In this document: piece by piece, positions 59,526 through 64,000 of the stretch
How positions within the stretch are numbered: the stretch's first letter is position 1
Layout of the letters: every line of letters starts with the position of its first letter
From: an uncultured virus (IMG/VR IMGVR_UViG_3300028396_000003)
Lineage: Duplodnaviria; Heunggongvirae; Uroviricota; Caudoviricetes
Strand: one strand, 5' to 3'
DNA length: 64,000 nucleotides
Virus record (IMG/VR): IMGVR_UViG_3300028396_000003
The notes under the pieces: model-generated
The model's database searches: none
The model's input: only the letters and a program-made list of their open reading frames with translations
Told to the model about the DNA's origin: nothing
Translations under genes and position numbers: made by a program

Positions 59526-60586
59526 TAAATGCTCTGCGCTTCCAAATATAGTTCATCAATCAATTCTTTAATCTTTTGCTTATTAGATTTCGTATCAATA
59601 GATTCAATATAATCATGTAAAATATCTTTAGTATCTTTTGTTTCATCAAGTATTTCATCAACACCAGCATCACCTAAGTTAAGTGAGTCTTCTATCGACT
59701 TAACGTCGCTTGCGCCAGCATCAGTAAGTTTATTTAAAAACAAATCATATATGTATGGATTAGTTCTATTCTTAACAATAACCTTAATGTACGAGTCTTT
59801 AATATTAGTCAAATCTAAATGAGCAATATCTTCAATAGTCATATCAGCATCATCATAGTCAATTTTATGGTAAATACAGAAAGGATTTAAAATCCATTCC
59901 AACTCACGCGTTTCAGTATCTAAAATGCGGAAGCCACGTTTACCTTGATAATCAGACCATGTCATTTCATATGGAGCACCAAGATAGTTAATGTTACCAT
60001 ATTCAGATGGATGGTGGAAATGACCAGAATAAACTTGTTCATAACTACCAAACAATTCTTTAGTTAGACCATGATCACAAATCGCACCCTTCAGCATTTC
60101 AAAACCAATAATATCAAAGTGACCCATACATATATGAGCACTTGATTTACGTATGGCGTCTAAACATACTTCAGAATTTGTTTTCGTAATCCATGGTACC
60201 ATTATAACATTAGTTGACCCAAATGTCAACTCAACAGGTTCTTCACGATATATGTTGAAGTTTGTATACTCTTGGAGTAACAAGTTCATTGAGTTAACTT
60301 CATTTGTGTTTGTATAATATACGGAGTGATTACCTACAACTGCATGGTATTCAATGTCACGCTTTTGTAGTTCATCAAAGAAAAACTTTTTAGCCCTATC
60401 AAGTGTAACATAATTGATGTACTTACGACGGTCAAAGGTATCGCCTAGATCCAATACTGTTTTAATGTTATGTTCATCTAAATGTGGAAAGAACACTTCA
60501 TTAAAAAACTTTTCTTGATGATCCAGAAATACCTTAGAATCGCCACGCACACCGAGATGCATGTCTGTAATTATAGCAACCTTCAC
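59525..60586 (-). CDS. gp47: Recombination endonuclease subunit gp47 (Mre11/SbcD-like)
   Basis: TDMHLG, GDTFDRRK, GNH, SGHFH. Confidence 0.95.
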   Translation of the reverse strand: MKVAIITDMHLGVRGDSKVFLDHQEKFFNEVFFPHLDEHNIKTVLDLGDTFDRRKYINYVTLDRAKKFFFDELQKRDIEYHAVVGNHSVYYTNTNEVNSMNLLLQEYTNFNIYREEPVELTFGSTNVIMVPWITKTNSEVCLDAIRKSSAHICMGHFDIIGFEMLKGAICDHGLTKELFGSYEQVYSGHFHHPSEYGNINYLGAPYEMTWSDYQGKRGFRILDTETRELEWILNPFCIYHKIDYDDADMTIEDIAHLDLTNIKDSYIKVIVKNRTNPYIYDLFLNKLTDAGASDVKSIEDSLNLGDAGVDEILDETKDTKDILHDYIESIDTKSNKQKIKELIDELYLEAQSI

Positions 60587-61128
60587 TCTTTAGATTCCTC
60601 TTCATTAGCCGCTGCTTCGATTGATTCTTTCTTTTTCGCTTTATCTTTTGCAATCTTATCTTCGTAATCTTGAACAAACGAATTCATATAATCAACATTG
60701 GTATTAAGATTTAAATTTACTTCATCACCAGAATATGTACCGCCTGATGCAACCATAACTTGTGACGATTTAAAACGAATATACATTTGCTTTTTCTCTT
60801 TTTGAATACGTCTTAAGAATGCGTACCAAATAATTTGAGTAAAGTATGCAAATGGATTAGAAGACTTTTCAGAATTAAAGTTACCCATATATAATAGACA
60901 ATTTTCAATACCATCTGAAATCATATCATCTTTATATGAATATCCACTAAAGTTTGGTTTTGTCGCAAGTCTTGTTGCGATTTGATAGATGCACTTACCG
61001 ATATAGTCTGGACACCTTGGTTTTTCGTCACCGGCATCTTCTGCTTCGGTACACGCTTTTTTATATGCAATTAATGCTTCTAAAAAGTCTGCATTGTTAA
61101 CATAGTTTCTTTTAGCTCTTTTTGCCAT
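60583..61128 (-). CDS. gp55: Late sigma factor gp55
   Basis: NYVNNADF, PNFSGYSYKDDMISDGIENC, NPFAYFTQIIWYAFLRRIQKEKKQ. Confidence 0.95.
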   Translation of the reverse strand: MAKRAKRNYVNNADFLEALIAYKKACTEAEDAGDEKPRCPDYIGKCIYQIATRLATKPNFSGYSYKDDMISDGIENCLLYMGNFNSEKSSNPFAYFTQIIWYAFLRRIQKEKKQMYIRFKSSQVMVASGGTYSGDEVNLNLNTNVDYMNSFVQDYEDKIAKDKAKKKESIEAAANEEESKE

Positions 61129-61132
61129 ATGG

Positions 61133-61336
61133 TCAGCCAACCTCCTTATTAATTAATGTAACTTGTGTTCCATAAGCCCAGTGACCATTATCAAAGTCAA
61201 ATACACACCAGTCTTTTAAATCGTCTGAAATAGATAACACATCTTCACCATACTTACCACCATCTTTTGTAATTTCCATCGATGTAATTCTAGCAAGACC
61301 ATGCCGAGAATAAGCCAAGTCACCTACTTTAATCAT
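61133..61336 (-). CDS. Hypothetical protein (67 aa)
   Basis: First ORF after the promoter at 61364-61392. Confidence 0.65.
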   Translation of the reverse strand: MIKVGDLAYSRHGLARITSMEITKDGGKYGEDVLSISDDLKDWCVFDFDNGHWAYGTQVTLINKEVG

Positions 61337-61363
61337 TCTATTATTCCTATCTGATTCTATATA

Positions 61364-61392
61364 ATAATAACATAGTAATCGCGTGGTGTCAA
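61364..61392 (-). promoter_or_regulatory. Sigma70-type promoter for gp55-47-46
   Basis: TTGACA-N17-TATTAT with extended TG. Confidence 0.75.
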
Positions 61393-61426
61393 CTAAAACT
61401 TTTTTCAGTACTACTACATTTTTCTA

Positions 61427-61455
61427 TTGACATCACTATTTAGGTATGGTATAAT
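61427..61455 (+). promoter_or_regulatory. Consensus sigma70 promoter pointing antisense into uvsW
   Basis: TTGACA-N17-TATAAT with extended TG; no credible + strand gene downstream. Confidence 0.7.
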
Positions 61456-61478
61456 AGACTTATGTCTTATAAACAATA

Positions 61479-62972
61479 TTATATGTTCACCGTATAAATC
61501 TTTACATTAAACTGCTCGGACCCATATATTTCAATCCGTTTCCTAAAATGTTGTAAAGTATAATTCTGGTAGGCACCAACACTCAAATCATCAGCAATAT
61601 CGTAAAGCGTAGCTTTATCGGCATCGTTGCCCTTTCTTAGGGCACGGCCGATTGATTGGAGTACTTTCACTTCCGATTTAGATCCAGATGCGAATATAAC
61701 ATTATCAAGTTTCTTTAAATTAATTCCAGTTGAGAATGTACCAAACGACGCAAGGATATCATGTTGTTTAATAGGATCGTTCTCAATCATATGGCGAATT
61801 CTTTCACGTTCTGTGCCTTTTGTTGCACCATAAATGAAATGTAATTCTCTACCTTCTGTTCTTAACATTGGCTCTAATATTTTACCATGTTTTTCAACTA
61901 AGTCAAATAGAACCAAATTGTTTTGATCTTTGAGTGACCACAATAGATTTCGTATGAATATATTTCGCTTCTCGTGGTTCGTTATGTATTCTCTTTCAGC
62001 AGGATACTTTTGACTTGTATTTTGTACTTTACTTATTGCCTTTTTAAACGCTTTTCTATTTTCAACGCTATGAGACAATACAATTGCTTTTATATTAAAG
62101 TCAGCAATAGTACCGTCATCCATAAGATCTTTAGTAGATACATGCTTACGAACAGAACCAAAGCAGCCTTCAAGGACCAGTCTATGCGTTTTGCTCTCTT
62201 CCGATTTTAACGTACCGGTAAATCCATGTCGATAATAACATTCGTCAAGCCCTCCCATAATTTTTTGTAATGATTTCGCTTGGAATAAATGTGCTTCATC
62301 TCCAAGTACTACTTTAAATTGACTAAACCAATCTTTCCTTAATTTAATAAGAGACTGCCAAGTCGATATAACAATAGGTGCATCTGTGTTTTTATCAATA
62401 CCACCTTGGATTTTATATATGTGAGATGGATCACAACCATAATCAATAAAATCGCCAGCCATCTGATGTACTAATGATATCGTTGGAACAATAATCAAAG
62501 TACGATGTTCAAACGCTCTATAATAATGCTGCTGAATTAAATAAATGATAAGTGATTTACCAGATGATGTTGGTGATAAAGATAAAGAACGACTATCACG
62601 TATGGCATCAACGATATATTGATTCTGATAATCACGAGGCTCAAACTTACAGTTTACTTCCTTAGCAATCTCATATCCATAATCGTCAGGAACTTTTTCG
62701 CCTTCCATCAAATGTGCAGGAGCATTTAACTCATATCCACGATCTTCACAAAACTTCCGCAGCTTACTAAATAACCCTACATAAAGTACAGGTTTGAGTG
62801 GTTGGAAAATACGAATCCATCCGTCCCAAATTCTATTCTTATATGAAGGGTTAAACTGGAATCCGGCGGGTTGAAATTTGAAGTAAGCTTCTAATTCAAA
62901 CTTAACGCTTGACTCTGTATTGATTTTCAAATACACTGCGTTGATTTGCTCAACGTTAATCACATCAGACAT
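61479..62972 (-). CDS. uvsW: SF2 DNA helicase UvsW
   Basis: WDGWIR, PRDYQ, SPTSSGKS, GDEAH, GFTGT, LQSIGRALR. Confidence 0.95.
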   Translation of the reverse strand: MSDVINVEQINAVYLKINTESSVKFELEAYFKFQPAGFQFNPSYKNRIWDGWIRIFQPLKPVLYVGLFSKLRKFCEDRGYELNAPAHLMEGEKVPDDYGYEIAKEVNCKFEPRDYQNQYIVDAIRDSRSLSLSPTSSGKSLIIYLIQQHYYRAFEHRTLIIVPTISLVHQMAGDFIDYGCDPSHIYKIQGGIDKNTDAPIVISTWQSLIKLRKDWFSQFKVVLGDEAHLFQAKSLQKIMGGLDECYYRHGFTGTLKSEESKTHRLVLEGCFGSVRKHVSTKDLMDDGTIADFNIKAIVLSHSVENRKAFKKAISKVQNTSQKYPAEREYITNHEKRNIFIRNLLWSLKDQNNLVLFDLVEKHGKILEPMLRTEGRELHFIYGATKGTERERIRHMIENDPIKQHDILASFGTFSTGINLKKLDNVIFASGSKSEVKVLQSIGRALRKGNDADKATLYDIADDLSVGAYQNYTLQHFRKRIEIYGSEQFNVKIYTVNI

Positions 62973-63008
62973 AATATAACCTTACACTTTAATCAGTTTT
63001 CTTAATAC

Positions 63009-63016
63009 TATTTATA
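63009..63016 (-). promoter_or_regulatory. T4-type late promoter for uvsW
   Basis: TATAAATA about 36 nt upstream of the ATG; uvsW is a late gene in T4. Confidence 0.75.
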
Positions 63017-63100
63017 TAGTCTATCCGGTCCTCGATTTCTTTACGTTTGTCGAGTAGAATAACTGGTTTATAAACTGGTGTGATAGGCTTAATAAGAATC

Positions 63101-63538
63101 TTAGTAATCTCCGGCTTGGAACTTCATCACTGCTATAATATTATTAATAATGAAGTTACGACTATGAATTGTTTTAACAATATCTTCAAGGTAATTTGCC
63201 CTGCAGCTATGATAATCAATTTTTAAACTTAATTTGATAATATCAGGATCAGCTTGGATATACTTATCCATATCTTGACGTATGACTTTTTTCTGAAAAG
63301 GTTTCCATCCAAACTCACGTAAATCTTCTTCAGCCATAGATCCGTCAATCCATTCTCGTTTGTTCATTTCAAGTATTTTATAATCATACCTAAGCTTCTT
63401 AACTTTAAGCGCTTCTTTATAGTACATGTTATAGTATTTAGAATGGAGCTGCGGAATCTTTTTTGCTTCTTGTGCCAATTGAGTTTCATCAATTTTGGCA
63501 TCACCAGCCCAGATTTCACTAATGTCTTCAGTACTCAT
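63101..63538 (-). CDS. uvsY: Recombination mediator UvsY
   Basis: W..DAKID...KIPQLHSKY, YIQAD, I.SRNF.I.N.I...KFQAG. Confidence 0.9.
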   Translation of the reverse strand: MSTEDISEIWAGDAKIDETQLAQEAKKIPQLHSKYYNMYYKEALKVKKLRYDYKILEMNKREWIDGSMAEEDLREFGWKPFQKKVIRQDMDKYIQADPDIIKLSLKIDYHSCRANYLEDIVKTIHSRNFIINNIIAVMKFQAGDY

Positions 63539-63567
63539 GTTAACCTCTCATAATGTATATAGTTATA

Positions 63568-63596
63568 ATTCTATCACAGTTTTGTTAGAATGTCAA
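63568..63596 (-). promoter_or_regulatory. Sigma70-type promoter for uvsY
   Basis: TTGACA-N17-TAGAAT with extended TG. Confidence 0.75.
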
Positions 63597-64000
63597 CCAA
63601 TTTTTGTATGAGTAAACCTGTCGTATCTGAATACCATCGACGCTTCTGGGTATACGATATCCTGTTGTGTTACGTCTAAAGTAATCTGACTTAACGATAC
63701 TGGAAAGCAGTTTAAAAACGTAAATGATATGTTAGGATTTTTGTGGCTATTTAATATAGTGATAGAAATATCAGAAACAATTCCATCGTCTGTTTTACCT
63801 AATTTAGCAAACTGAGCAAGTTCTACTGGAGACGTAATAGATTCTATCCAATCTAAACATTCAAAATAATTTGCCATGTTTTCGTCTACGATAAAGCTTA
63901 GATCTAATTCTTGGTACAATAACTTATCAGGAGTATTATATAAAGTACTTAGAGGGTTTGGCGTTTCCGCTGCACCAGCACTTACACCCGGAACTTGCAT
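63593..64000 (-). CDS. gp3: Tail tube terminator gp3 (5' end probably beyond the window)
   Basis: L.LSFIVDENMANY...WI, SD.SITILNS, F.NCFPVSLS, FRY; directly upstream of uvsY. Confidence 0.85.
   Translation of the reverse strand: MQVPGVSAGAAETPNPLSTLYNTPDKLLYQELDLSFIVDENMANYFECLDWIESITSPVELAQFAKLGKTDDGIVSDISITILNSHKNPNISFTFLNCFPVSLSQITLDVTQQDIVYPEASMVFRYDRFTHTKIG

Noticed and set aside
62973..63100. Possible ncRNA or tRNA in the uvsY-uvsW gap
   Set aside because: Only weak short inverted repeats and a late promoter; no cloverleaf or convincing structure.

Overview
AT-rich, gene-dense fragment of a large T4-like myovirus genome. Gene content resembles marine cyanophage, pelagiphage and alphaproteobacterial T4-like phages; an alphaproteobacterial host is only an inference. 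From left to right: (i) a giant virion or fibre protein of more than 2,800 aa that runs off the left edge and is missing from the ORF track; (ii) a late baseplate/tail module (gp38-like Gly-rich adhesin, S74 chaperone fibre, VrlC-like protein, gp8, S8 protease, gp9, gp7, gp6, gp25, M15 peptidase protein, gp5, gp27-like, split gp53, gp48; then on + gp4, gp2, gp54-like, gp26, gp51, tape-measure-like); (iii) small accessory ORFs, hsp20, dUTPase, regA, gp62/44/45; (iv) an operon of about 9 kb that looks like a self-contained cytosine hypermodification system (gp42-like dCMP hydroxymethylase, BGT-like and GT-A glycosyltransferases, nucleotidyltransferase-kinase fusion, HAD phosphatase, atypical C5 methyltransferase, N6 methyltransferase, dCMP deaminase, DUF5664 protein, exonuclease, possible nuclease); (v) a frameshifted PiT-like transporter with a twin-hairpin leader, a MazG-like enzyme, gp43, gp46/47, gp55, uvsW, uvsY and partial gp3. 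Sigma70-type (TTGACA-N17-TANNNT) and T4 late (TATAAATA) promoters are visible. I saw no tRNA, rRNA, CRISPR array, intron or transposase. All family calls come from motif recognition by eye, not database searches.
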